Assembly: GCA_963735805.1 (NCBI GenBank)
Contig: CAVTMK010000003.1
Span: forward strand, 1-64,000
Origin: an uncultured Verrucomicrobiae bacterium
GTDB lineage: Bacteria; Verrucomicrobiota; Verrucomicrobiia; Chthoniobacterales; UBA10450
DNA: 64,000 nucleotides
Reading direction: 5' to 3'
Positions within the stretch are counted from its first letter, which is position 1. Each line of letters opens with the position of its first letter. The notes beneath the pieces are model-generated. The model saw only the letters and a program-made list of their open reading frames with translations, made no database searches and was not told where the DNA came from. Made by a program: the position numbers and the translations under genes. Positions 9,719-18,934 of this stretch are shown here, in pieces.

Positions 9719-9739
9719 CTAAGGATCGAAAAAGCGTCC

Positions 9740-9861
9740 GACCTCCACACCTAACACCCACTCCGACGCCGCCATTTGGCACGCCAACGCCAATACCAGC
9801 GAGACCGACGCCCGCTCCCAGGCCGCGCCCAACGCCACATCCCCGTCCGACGCCCCCATGA
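9740..9861 (+). pseudogene. Orphan Pro/Thr/Arg C-terminal tail without its gene
   Basis: TPTPTPP..RPTPAPRPRPTPHPRPTPP* resembles the end of 4844-6955 and has the same 3' flank. Confidence 0.7.
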
Positions 9862-10018
9862 TTCTGCTTTTGCCGGGACTTTTCACCGGCAAACGGTCGG
9901 ATCCGCTGTGAATCGAATAGACGACGATCCGGATCAACAAGCAGACGCAGCGCGGTTTTGGGCTGGGTTTTGAGAGGGCCGCGGTCAGCGCCCGCGGCTA
10001 CAGTGCAACTTAGAATTC
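9856..10018 (+). repeat. Conserved post-tail element, copy 2
   Basis: Direct repeat of 6950-7117. Confidence 0.9.
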
Positions 10019-10111
10019 AAAGCGACATCCCGTTACACAATTATCCTAAGAGCTCCTGTCCGACCGGTAGCCAGCGTGACGCGTAGCTCTCTAGTTTTGT
10101 AGCCGTATTGA

Positions 10112-10321
10112 TCAGCGCTGCGAAAGTTCGCGGTCGGGAAGAGCGATGTTCTCGTTGGATTCCATGGGTCTGGAGTCATCGAGTAATTCCATCAGACGCG
10201 CTTCATAGGAATCGCACATCGGAGACTCGCCATTTCGCTGGATCCACTCGGGATGTTGAATCCGAAGGTCATGGTGAATCTTTTGCAGCAGGTCGGCGTA
10301 GGTGCGAACTTTTTGAGCCAT
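10112..10321 (-). CDS. Small hypothetical protein
   Basis: MAQKVRTYADLLQKIHHDLRIQHPEW; GAGG upstream. Confidence 0.55.
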   Translation of the reverse strand: MAQKVRTYADLLQKIHHDLRIQHPEWIQRNGESPMCDSYEARLMELLDDSRPMESNENIALPDRELSQR

Positions 10322-10345
10322 GACCATATTACCTCGGTTGAAGGT

Positions 10346-10636
10346 TCAAGTGTGCCGGGGAATGGTTCCCCCCTCAAAACCACGACGGAATCGTCGACCG
10401 GCGGTGATGTTATGATAACGCGTCAATAGCCAGGTTAAGCTACTCCGAAGCAAACCGCGCACCTGTTCGTGCTGTGCGCCGCGTAGACTTAATTCAATTA
10501 CTTTGCGACGCTGGTGTTGCAGCAACGCGGCCAGCAGTCCGCTTTGCGTAAGCGTCGCGGTGGATCTCGCAATATAGTTTTTTCTGTTTTTCATAAATGC
10601 CAAAGGTTTGACACCGCTTCTGATGGATTTCCACAT
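10346..10636 (-). CDS. Possible hypothetical protein
   Basis: ORF only. Confidence 0.3.
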   Translation of the reverse strand: MWKSIRSGVKPLAFMKNRKNYIARSTATLTQSGLLAALLQHQRRKVIELSLRGAQHEQVRGLLRSSLTWLLTRYHNITAGRRFRRGFEGGTIPRHT

Positions 10637-10835
10637 AAGACTTTGGTGCTATCTCTTTCGGGGTAGGACGCAGCCCCGCACCGCTGAGGTGGCGATCTCA
10701 GCGGGCGCCAATAACCAGGTTGAAACTATTTCCAAATAAGCCACGCCACTGCCGGTGGTGTATGCACAATCGGGTCGGCTAGATCCACTCGATCCAGTTG
10801 ACCGTCTTGGCCTCTCTCAGATAAGCGGGTTGCGT

Positions 10836-10997
10836 TCATTTCAATGGCGCTGCCATCGAGTTAGCCAGCAAAGTTAGAGTAATCAGGATTATTCCGAGGG
10901 CGACGAGCTGGACCAAATAGTCCGGCCGTTCTCTGTAGGCGAACCGATCACTGAAGAACCGAGAAGCGCGAACGCGCAGCGAGTTGGTAGTTTTCAT
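10836..10997 (-). CDS. Small membrane protein
   Basis: Strong RBS GAAAGGAG; C-terminal TM helix. Confidence 0.55.
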   Translation of the reverse strand: MKTTNSLRVRASRFFSDRFAYRERPDYLVQLVALGIILITLTLLANSMAAPLK

Positions 10998-11172
10998 ATT
11001 CAAAATACTCCTTTCATCAATGAGATGACGATTTTCATTGAACAAAATGGACAATTTTTTGGATTAGCGCGCTACATGGCATAAGTAACGCGGCCGTCAC
11101 CTTCCGTAGAGACGCGATCACCCTGGGATGACGCTGCTTTGAGAATTGCAGCCGATCACATAATGTCGTCAC

Positions 11173-11826
11173 ATGCGTACGGTTTTATCGGCAATTTTTC
11201 TTTTCGTGGCCTTGATATGCATTGCCCATAGCGCGCCGCTTTCGGAAGTGGATCCCAAAACTCTTCTCGCCGGCATTCGACAGAATCGGACCACACAGGC
11301 CGATTTCCAGGAGCAACGAATGATTCGGCTGATGAAAAAGCCGATCTTAAGCTCGGGAAAAGTCTGGTTCCAGTCGCCTAACAAGTTCAGACGCGAAGTG
11401 AGAGGCAATTCGCCCAGCCTGACTGTAAGTGACGGTCGTCGGCTCTGGATTTATTATCCAAACTTTAAATCGGCGGAGCGTTACTCACTGGGCAAAGGAT
11501 CGCCGCTCGATTCCACAGTCGCAGCGATCAATTCCTCGTTGAACCTCGAGGATGTGGAGAACACCTTCCAGATCAATGCGACAAAAATTGACAACAAGTA
11601 TGAACTGACACTGTTGCCCCGCGTGACGTCGATGAAGCGAGTGTTTCAGAAGCTTGATCTACGAATCAACGACCAGCTGCGAGTCGAACGAACTGATATG
11701 TTGTTACCGAATGGCGACCGGATCGTAACCACGTACTCAAATCAGACGCGCGAACCGGTTCCTGCGTCAATGTTCGAATTCACTCCGCAACCTGGCACTG
11801 ACGTCTCAACGCCGCTTGGGAAATAG
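11173..11826 (+). CDS. lolA: LolA-like outer-membrane lipoprotein carrier
   Basis: ADFQEQ..SSGKVWFQSPNKFRRE..VSDG..LWIYYP..FEFTP..GTDV. Confidence 0.8.
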   Translation: MRTVLSAIFLFVALICIAHSAPLSEVDPKTLLAGIRQNRTTQADFQEQRMIRLMKKPILSSGKVWFQSPNKFRREVRGNSPSLTVSDGRRLWIYYPNFKSAERYSLGKGSPLDSTVAAINSSLNLEDVENTFQINATKIDNKYELTLLPRVTSMKRVFQKLDLRINDQLRVERTDMLLPNGDRIVTTYSNQTREPVPASMFEFTPQPGTDVSTPLGK

Positions 11827-12031
11827 CGCCACTTTCGCCTTCGAGCGAAAAGGTGATACGCGATTCCACACGTAGGTACCAAGGTGCAGACGATGCGACC
11901 TTCGGGACCTTGGATTCCGCCGGTCAGATAATCGGGCCCCACAGCCGCCAGTTTTACCAAGAGAGCCGGCAAGTGGGCGTCTAGCGCTGCGACAACCACG
12001 GAATCACAGCGGCGTCGGACGCGGGTGCTGG

Positions 12032-12158
12032 CGTAAACAAGAAAGAGATAAGCCCGCGGCACGGTGTGGTGGCAAGCGTGGCGAATGCGGAGAATCGTTT
12101 GATAAATCAAATGTGAACTTAACGACGGCCAGCGCTTGGCTCCGGGGATTGGTTGGGC
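12032..12158 (-). mobile_element. attC-like site (127 bp) downstream of the DUF4440 gene
   Basis: Minus strand R'' GCCCAAC..GGAGCCAAGCGCTGG...ccacaccgtgccgcgGGCTTATCtctttcttGTTTAC; 3' part resembles 8893-8930. Confidence 0.7.
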
Positions 12159-12173
12159 ATTTGGTGTGACTGC

Positions 12174-12641
12174 TTATTGGCGCGTAGTCCGGGACGAGTA
12201 ATGGTTGGCAACCAACCGCCAGCGCCCCTGCTGCTTTATCCACACCCTGGTAAAGCGAGTGTCACGGGGAACAGTTTGGCCTTTGTCTTGCCCATTCATT
12301 ATTGAGCGGCCAGTCTCCACAGCCGTGTTTCCATAAACGCGCACTTGAACGTCATCGGTAGTGATAGACTGAAATTTCAAATCACCTGACGTGAAATCTA
12401 AAATCACCTGCGGCTTGGTTCGCACTGTGCCACTTGGCCCTACGCCTATAAAATCAGGAGCGTAGATGCGATCAAGGGCCGCCGCATCAGCATGAATCTG
12501 TGCTTGAATACGTTCGTTATCCAGTTTCCTGATCACTTCCTCGACACTTGTTCTGTTACTGCCGCTCGCGCTCTGCTTTTGCCCTACGCCCATAGGGGTC
12601 ACTGTAAGGACGAGGACAGCTATAAAGAGTGCTGGTTTCAT
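12174..12641 (-). CDS. Secreted NTF2-like DUF4440 protein
   Basis: ALDRIYAPDF..G.VRTK..VRVYGNTAVETG..RFTRVWIKQQGRWRLVANH. Confidence 0.85.
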   Translation of the reverse strand: MKPALFIAVLVLTVTPMGVGQKQSASGSNRTSVEEVIRKLDNERIQAQIHADAAALDRIYAPDFIGVGPSGTVRTKPQVILDFTSGDLKFQSITTDDVQVRVYGNTAVETGRSIMNGQDKGQTVPRDTRFTRVWIKQQGRWRLVANHYSSRTTRQ

Positions 12642-12657
12642 GTCGAGGTCTCCATAA

Positions 12658-12675
12658 GCCTAACTAGAAATAGAT
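12658..12675 (-). mobile_element. attC 3' end (R') upstream of the DUF4440 cassette
   Basis: Minus strand atctatttctaGTTAGGC, 16 nt before the ATG. Confidence 0.55.
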
Positions 12676-12744
12676 TGCATCTTGCAATTTATTCCTCGCT
12701 CCATAGAAAGAATCATGCGTTAAAACACTGCAGAGTGGCAAGCC

Positions 12745-12936
12745 GTGTTTCGCCCAGTGACCTCAAGACCAGTGAACTCATCGCTCTTTGATCAAGTGAG
12801 GCAGAGATTCCGCCTCACTGCTATGGAAATGCGAGTTGTTGCATTTGTCCTTGCCGCGTTTGTGCTTGGTTTGGTCACAAAATGTTATCGCGACGCTCAT
12901 CCTTCCCCTGCCCCATCCCAATTTGATTCCCGTTAG
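12745..12936 (+). CDS. Small single-TM protein
   Basis: LTAMEMRVVAFVLAAFVLGL helix. Confidence 0.4.
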   Translation: MFRPVTSRPVNSSLFDQVRQRFRLTAMEMRVVAFVLAAFVLGLVTKCYRDAHPSPAPSQFDSR

Positions 12937-12988
12937 GGGCCGCTTCGAATGATTTGCGAAGCGCCGCGTTCCCGCAGATGATTTCAGA

Positions 12989-13900
12989 GTGACCGACCAC
13001 GTTGACGCCTTCACGAAGCAGATTTGTCAGGTTATCGTAGGCAAGAACCAGGCGGTTAAGCTCGCCGTCGGTTGTTTGCTTGCCCGCGGTCATCTTCTGA
13101 TCGAAGACATCCCGGGCGTCGGCAAGACAACGCTCTCGCAGGCAGTAGCGCGATCGTTGGCGCTCGCCTTTCAACGCATCCAATTTACCAGCGATCTGTT
13201 GCCGGCCGATATTCTTGGCAATTCCATCTTCGATCAGGGCAAGCAACGCTTCGTGTTCCATCGCGGTCCGCTTTTTTCGCAACTGGTGCTAATCGATGAG
13301 GTCAATCGCGCAACTGCCAAAACCCAGAGCGCGCTGCTTGAGGCCATGGAAGAACATCGCATTTCGCTAGATGGCGTGACGTATGAGTTACCCGAGCCGT
13401 TCTTTGTGATTGCGACACAAAATCCGCAACACGCGGTTGGTACTTTTCCGTTGCCCGAATCCCAGCTGGACCGGTTCTTGATGCGGATCGAGTTGGGCGT
13501 GCCGGACCGGGCCAGCGAGCGCGCCATGCTCCTGGGCATGGATCGCCGCGACATGCTGAAAGAATTGAAACCGGTAATTACCCCGCGGACATTGATCGAG
13601 ATTCAAGATAAGGTGCGCAAGGTTCACGCCTCCCCTGCGTTGCTCGATTACCTGCAGGATCTGCTCGACGCGTCTCGACAACGTCACAGCACCGGTTTAT
13701 CACCGCGCGCAGGTCTGGCCCTGCTGCACGCATCCCAGGCATGGGCGTTGATGCAAGAACGCGACATGGTCCTTCCTGAAGATATTCAAGCTGTGGGAAT
13801 CGCAGTCATGGCGCATCGGCTGGGACACGATATCGAACAACCCGGCCAGAGTGGACGCACGCTTGCTGATAATCTGCTTCACAGCGTGCCGGTCCCGTGA
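12989..13900 (+). CDS. moxR: MoxR-family AAA+ ATPase
   Basis: GHLLIEDIPGVGKT, RIQFTSDLLP, DEVNRA, ATQNP, LDRF. Confidence 0.95.
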   Translation: MTDHVDAFTKQICQVIVGKNQAVKLAVGCLLARGHLLIEDIPGVGKTTLSQAVARSLALAFQRIQFTSDLLPADILGNSIFDQGKQRFVFHRGPLFSQLVLIDEVNRATAKTQSALLEAMEEHRISLDGVTYELPEPFFVIATQNPQHAVGTFPLPESQLDRFLMRIELGVPDRASERAMLLGMDRRDMLKELKPVITPRTLIEIQDKVRKVHASPALLDYLQDLLDASRQRHSTGLSPRAGLALLHASQAWALMQERDMVLPEDIQAVGIAVMAHRLGHDIEQPGQSGRTLADNLLHSVPVP

Positions 13901-14799
13901 AACCAAGAAAGCTTCCGCTCATTTATCCGACCGCAGGTTTTGCGGGCCTGTTGTTTGTGCTCGGTACAATGTGGTACGCGGCGTCGAGTCAAAATAATGC
14001 TGCAGTTTATCTGCTCTTGTTTCTGCTAACGGCGGTATTCCTGGTTTCTGTTCCACATACCCTGATCAATCTCTCAGGCGTAACGGTCACATTCGAATCC
14101 GCGCAACCAGCATTTGCAGGCCAGGAGGTCGCGCTACCCGTTGAGATCGTGAACACTTCGCGCGCGACGCGGCATGGACTTGAGTTAGTCCTTGCGGGCG
14201 CCAGCAGGGATCAGCAAAGGATTGATTACATTCCAGCCAACAAGGCGGCGCGTGTGACGCTCCGGTTCGCTGCGCAAAAACGGGGCGAACATCAGATAGG
14301 GACCTTGCTCCTAACGAGTACTTACCCGCTCGGTTTCATTCGGTTTTTGAGGAGGTTCGGATGTTCTCAAAGATACACTGTTTATCCCAGGCCCGCGGGT
14401 GATTCCCGGCTTCCGTCAAGCTTCGTCCGTCGGCGCGGCAACCAGCCACTGACGGATCCTGGCGAAGGCGACGATTTTGCAGGAGTGCGCGCGTATGTGC
14501 CCGGGGAATCTCAGCGTCACATCGATTGGAAAGCCGTCGCCCGCGGGCAACCGCTGATGACGAAGCAATTCACGGCTGAAGCGGAAGGGGTCGTGAATCT
14601 CGATTTTTCTGCTCTTCACTGTGCGGATGCGGAAGAAAAGTTATCGCAGCTCGCGCTTTGGGTGATTGAAGCGGAACGCACGCAACGCCCTTATCTTCTC
14701 CACCTTCCCAACGCCAAAATCTCAGCCGGTGTCGGGCAATCGCATTTTCATCAGTGCCTGCGGGCGCTCAGTTTGTTTGAGTCACCAGAGCGAGCATGA
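13897..14799 (+). CDS. DUF58 domain protein
   Basis: DFAGVRAYVPGES.RHIDWKAVAR; overlaps the moxR stop. Confidence 0.9.
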   Translation: MKPRKLPLIYPTAGFAGLLFVLGTMWYAASSQNNAAVYLLLFLLTAVFLVSVPHTLINLSGVTVTFESAQPAFAGQEVALPVEIVNTSRATRHGLELVLAGASRDQQRIDYIPANKAARVTLRFAAQKRGEHQIGTLLLTSTYPLGFIRFLRRFGCSQRYTVYPRPAGDSRLPSSFVRRRGNQPLTDPGEGDDFAGVRAYVPGESQRHIDWKAVARGQPLMTKQFTAEAEGVVNLDFSALHCADAEEKLSQLALWVIEAERTQRPYLLHLPNAKISAGVGQSHFHQCLRALSLFESPERA

Positions 14800-16835
14800 G
14801 CAGGAACAACAGCGCGAGCACGAGAGATAGGAGTATTCCACGGATACCGCTCCTTTGGCTGGCAGCGGCGTTGCTCTTCACGCTGCCCCCGATGTTTGGT
14901 TCTCTTGTAAGCTGGGTGCCGTGCTTTTTTCTGCTCGCGCTTACGCTGAAATTCTGGATGGAACCGAAAGGTTACCGTCTCCGTTTTGCAACTTTGAAGT
15001 TGCTGTTCGCGGTCGCCGCGCTCTTCGCCATTTTCGTCAGCTACGGCTCGCTTAAGGGCATCGAACCGGGAGTATCACTTCTTGTCGTCCTCATGTCGCT
15101 CAAGATTCTTGAAGCGCATACTGCACGCGAGTTCCAGGTCATGGTGTTGATGGGATGGGTACTTTGTCTTTGTGGATTTTTCCTTTCCCAGGACTTCGCG
15201 ATTGCGCTTTGCCTGTTGACAGCCTTCGCGTTGTTACTGGTGGCATTGATCCAGTTTCATCGGGGATCTTCACCTGACACTTTCTGGCCTCCTCTGGCAA
15301 CAACATTGAGACTTCTTGTTCAAGCGGCGCCGCTGGTCGTTCTCTTGTTCCTTTTGTTTCCCCGGATCAATACTGGTTTGCGGGTTGAATTTCGAACTAT
15401 TCGCGCGGCAAACTCAGGTTTTTCGGATCGACTCTCTCCCGGCAGCATCGCGGCTCTTGCAAACTCCGTGGACATCGCTTTCCGCGCGGAGTTCCCCGGC
15501 AGCAAAATCCGGCCACCTGGGCCCATGTATTGGCGCGGTGTAGTCATGTGGCACTGCGATGGAATGGAATGGCGCGGCCCCGGCGGGCCATCTTCAAACT
15601 TCCAAGTTTCAACGCCAGGAACGGCCGGCGATCGCGCCCTACCCTTTCATGCTCGAGGCAACACAATTCGCCAGAGAATCACCCTGGCGCCGCATGGTGC
15701 GCACTGGATGTTTGCCCTCGACCGACCGTTTGAAATCCCTCCCGGCACCATCCTGGCGCGTGGCGATTATCTCTGGAGCGTTCAGCCAATTCGAAAGGCG
15801 CTCCGGTATGAAGTCGTTTCATCTTTAGCAACCAGACAAGAATTGACGCCAAACGAACGTCAGCAGGCACTGGAGGTCCCGCCAACGATTAGTCCGGTCG
15901 TGCGTGAGTTAGCCCAATCCTGGACGGAGCCGAATTCCAATCCGCATGCTACAGTGAACAAAGCGCTGCAGTTTTTCAGAACGCAAGGTTTTCGTTATTC
16001 GTTGTTGCCGGGCGAATACGCGAAAAACGGCCTGGAACAATTTCTCCTTCACCGTCGGGTTGGGTTTTGCGAACACTACGCCGCCAGTTTCGCTACTTTG
16101 ATGCGGCTGGCTGGAATTCCCGCACGTGTCGTGGTCGGATATCTGGGAGGTGAATATAACGATCTGGGCCATTTCTTCCTGGTGCGACAAGCAGATACGC
16201 ACGCGTGGTGCGAAGTCTGGTTTCCAGGCAGTGGATGGACCCGAGTGGACCCAACCACGGCAGTTGCACCCGGACGAGCGAGTCTCGATCTGAACTCGTT
16301 TTTGGAGAGACGCGGCGCTTCAGGCCAAATCGAAGGACGCAGAAGCGCACTCGTCAGTCAGCTGGCCCGTTCCGCATTATTTACCAACGTTCGCCTTGTC
16401 CTGGAGACACTCAGTTACCAGTGGGACACGCGGCTTCTAGCCTTCGATGCTGACGTACAGGAAGTATTGCTGGACTCCATTGGACTCGCCAACCGCGGAC
16501 CGCTCGTTCTCATGATCGAAATTTCGATCGTCGCGGTCGCTCTGCTCGTAATCTATTTCGGATGGATGCAATTGCGCACCCGCTCACGCGCGGATCGCGT
16601 AAAGGCGTTGTACGAACGATTTTGTCAAAGGGCCGCGCGGCTGGGTGCACGGCGCGATCCGTGGGAAGGTCCATCAGATTTCTCAAGACGCGCCGCGCAG
16701 TTGTTGCCTAACGAATCGGAGCGCATTCGCCAAATTTCGGATACGTACATGGCGTTGCGCTATGCGCCCGAATCCGGTGGCGGAGTCCTCGAGAGGTTTG
16801 CCAGAGATGTGGGGGCGTTTGCGGCACGTCGATAG
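14796..16835 (+). CDS. Transglutaminase TgpA-like membrane protein (DUF3488 + transglutaminase core)
   Basis: GFCEHYA, GIPARVVVGYLGG, HAWCEVW..GWTRVDPT. Confidence 0.92.
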   Translation: MSRNNSASTRDRSIPRIPLLWLAAALLFTLPPMFGSLVSWVPCFFLLALTLKFWMEPKGYRLRFATLKLLFAVAALFAIFVSYGSLKGIEPGVSLLVVLMSLKILEAHTAREFQVMVLMGWVLCLCGFFLSQDFAIALCLLTAFALLLVALIQFHRGSSPDTFWPPLATTLRLLVQAAPLVVLLFLLFPRINTGLRVEFRTIRAANSGFSDRLSPGSIAALANSVDIAFRAEFPGSKIRPPGPMYWRGVVMWHCDGMEWRGPGGPSSNFQVSTPGTAGDRALPFHARGNTIRQRITLAPHGAHWMFALDRPFEIPPGTILARGDYLWSVQPIRKALRYEVVSSLATRQELTPNERQQALEVPPTISPVVRELAQSWTEPNSNPHATVNKALQFFRTQGFRYSLLPGEYAKNGLEQFLLHRRVGFCEHYAASFATLMRLAGIPARVVVGYLGGEYNDLGHFFLVRQADTHAWCEVWFPGSGWTRVDPTTAVAPGRASLDLNSFLERRGASGQIEGRRSALVSQLARSALFTNVRLVLETLSYQWDTRLLAFDADVQEVLLDSIGLANRGPLVLMIEISIVAVALLVIYFGWMQLRTRSRADRVKALYERFCQRAARLGARRDPWEGPSDFSRRAAQLLPNESERIRQISDTYMALRYAPESGGGVLERFARDVGAFAARR

Positions 16836-17128
16836 ACACGGCTTGGATCTCCGTCCAAAAAATCAATCGGGAACTTCTACCCGTAAGTTCCGTAGTAGTT
16901 CGTGGAGTTTTTTCATTAATGCCGCGCTCGGTCGACAATCATCGATTGGGCGCGGCTCACTCTGCAGCAGGCAGGCTACCACGACAACATCTCGCAAGAT
17001 TTCTAAGCGCCGAATTAGGGTAGCAAGAAGGATTGTTATTGCACGGCAACGGCACCGAATCCTAGCCAACCCGTCAGCTGCGATGGATTGTTCGCACCCC
17101 CGGGCACACGCTAGAGCTAACTGCAGCC

Positions 17129-17596
17129 TCACCCCAAATATTCGTCGGGAATTGGATCCTGGGCGCTTTCCTGCTGCCAATAGACGTTTACGATCCACCA
17201 GCGAGTGCCGTCGTAAAAGAGCTGTATGCTGTTGATTCCGCGCATGAACGGTTCGGGATCGTCCTCGCTATGACGCGATTCGTACGTGCTCCAGACATGT
17301 GCGATATGTCCGAATAATTCGGTATGCCGGGCGATTTCTTTTTCGAAGAATCCATTCTCGGCAAAATACGATTCGACGCGTGCGATAAAACCATCTACGT
17401 CGAGTATTTGAGGTGCAAGACCGACGTTCGCACCCGGCTTGGCGGTCGGAATTAGACGGGCACCCGGATAATATAACGACCGTTCTCGATCCCAATCGCG
17501 CTTCTTCCCCGCTGGACCCGAAATCACATCGTACGCGGCCGTGATAATCGCATCGATCGAGGCGACATCGGCGAGATTAGTGTCCGACGTTTCCAT
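17129..17596 (-). CDS. NTF2-like hypothetical protein
   Basis: FGHIAHVWSTYE..RGINSIQL..DGTRWWI. Confidence 0.75.
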   Translation of the reverse strand: METSDTNLADVASIDAIITAAYDVISGPAGKKRDWDRERSLYYPGARLIPTAKPGANVGLAPQILDVDGFIARVESYFAENGFFEKEIARHTELFGHIAHVWSTYESRHSEDDPEPFMRGINSIQLFYDGTRWWIVNVYWQQESAQDPIPDEYLG

Positions 17597-17719
17597 TTCA
17601 AATATGTTACTCGCCGCTTGCCATTAGTCACGTGCTACTCTGCACTCGCGTACGAATCGAAACGCTTAATCGCATCTTTGAGCGCCCAGGCACTCCGTCC
17701 ATGACGATAACTGACACGA

Positions 17720-18907
17720 TCATCTGGCAAGGATCGGATCGAGCCAGTCAAACATCCTTTGGAAAAATACCTCGCGCGCGCCGGCCTCGCAGTGCTCACC
17801 AGCGCCTTCGCTTGCCGCAAAGAGCACGTACTCCTTGGAACATTGTAGCGCATCGTACAAATCCTTGCCGCCGCCGCGCCGCCGATCGTTTTCCGCTTCG
17901 TCCACAAACGTTGGGCATTGGATATTCCTGGCTACATCGGCGAGCGAGTAGGCCTGAAACATTTTAAAGTATTCCCACGGTGTCGTCGCGCCGTGCACCC
18001 ACATGCCGCGCCCGAGGATAAAGCGCTGGGTCGTGTCGTCTTGCAGCTTGTTAAAAAATGGTTCAAGCACTGCAACATCATTTCTCGCAAGGGCGCTCAC
18101 AATGTCTGGCGGGAACGTCTTCTTACTCAGCGCGGCTGGATCGAACAGGGCGGCATCCGCAATACACGCAGCAAGCCGATGCTCGAACGCAGCCGCACGC
18201 GGTGCAAGATAACCGCCAAAGCTGCCACCGTATAACGCGATGCGAGCCGAATCTACATCCGGACGTGTGAGCAAATAATCAACCACCGGCGTGACGACCT
18301 TTTCCCAATCGGCGCGCATTGGCATTTTATGTTTAACCAGCGCACCGCCTTGACCAGGACCATCAAAAATCAGGACGTTATACCCACGTTCCAACGCGCC
18401 GCCGGCAGTGCTAAAGAATAATTCCTCGCACGTCCCGTCGTATCCACCCGTACACAACAAGGTTTTGCGCGGCGCATCGCTCGCCTCGGGTTTGATGAAA
18501 TAACCGGGCAGCGTTGTATTTTCGTACGGAATCTTGAGAACCTCGATCGGCGGCTCGAATAACGCGGCGGCATTCCGGAACGCTTTCGTTTGCTTGTCAT
18601 ACGCTTCGACGACACGCGGATCGACTGGCAACGCGAACATAAAGATGTACGAGGCGCGATAATAATTCGATGCGCGCAAGAACGCATTTTGCGCGCTGAC
18701 CCGATGCCCGGCTGCGCAGGAATTGAGGGCGAGCCGGTACAATCGATCGGCGCAACTGGACCAGGCGTTGTACCAGCCCGTCGTGTCTCCCGGCTGAATT
18801 CGTGCAGCAATCGCCCACGCCTCGCCAATCTGTGCGCCCAGTGGCACGTAATCGAGTGCGCGCAGAAATTGTCCGTCGAACTCTGGATTGTCGAAATAGA
18901 TTTTCAC
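17720..18907 (-). CDS. Alpha/beta hydrolase (FrsA/esterase-like)
   Basis: GGYDGT.EE, DGPGQG, nucleophile GGSFGG, GEHCE. Confidence 0.85.
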   Translation of the reverse strand: MKIYFDNPEFDGQFLRALDYVPLGAQIGEAWAIAARIQPGDTTGWYNAWSSCADRLYRLALNSCAAGHRVSAQNAFLRASNYYRASYIFMFALPVDPRVVEAYDKQTKAFRNAAALFEPPIEVLKIPYENTTLPGYFIKPEASDAPRKTLLCTGGYDGTCEELFFSTAGGALERGYNVLIFDGPGQGGALVKHKMPMRADWEKVVTPVVDYLLTRPDVDSARIALYGGSFGGYLAPRAAAFEHRLAACIADAALFDPAALSKKTFPPDIVSALARNDVAVLEPFFNKLQDDTTQRFILGRGMWVHGATTPWEYFKMFQAYSLADVARNIQCPTFVDEAENDRRRGGGKDLYDALQCSKEYVLFAASEGAGEHCEAGAREVFFQRMFDWLDPILAR

Positions 18908-18934
18908 CGGCGCTGCACCATCATCACATTTTTT

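Noticed and set aside
16836..17128. Gene or ncRNA in this gap
   Set aside because: ORFs lack recognisable motifs; only degenerate repeat-like fragments
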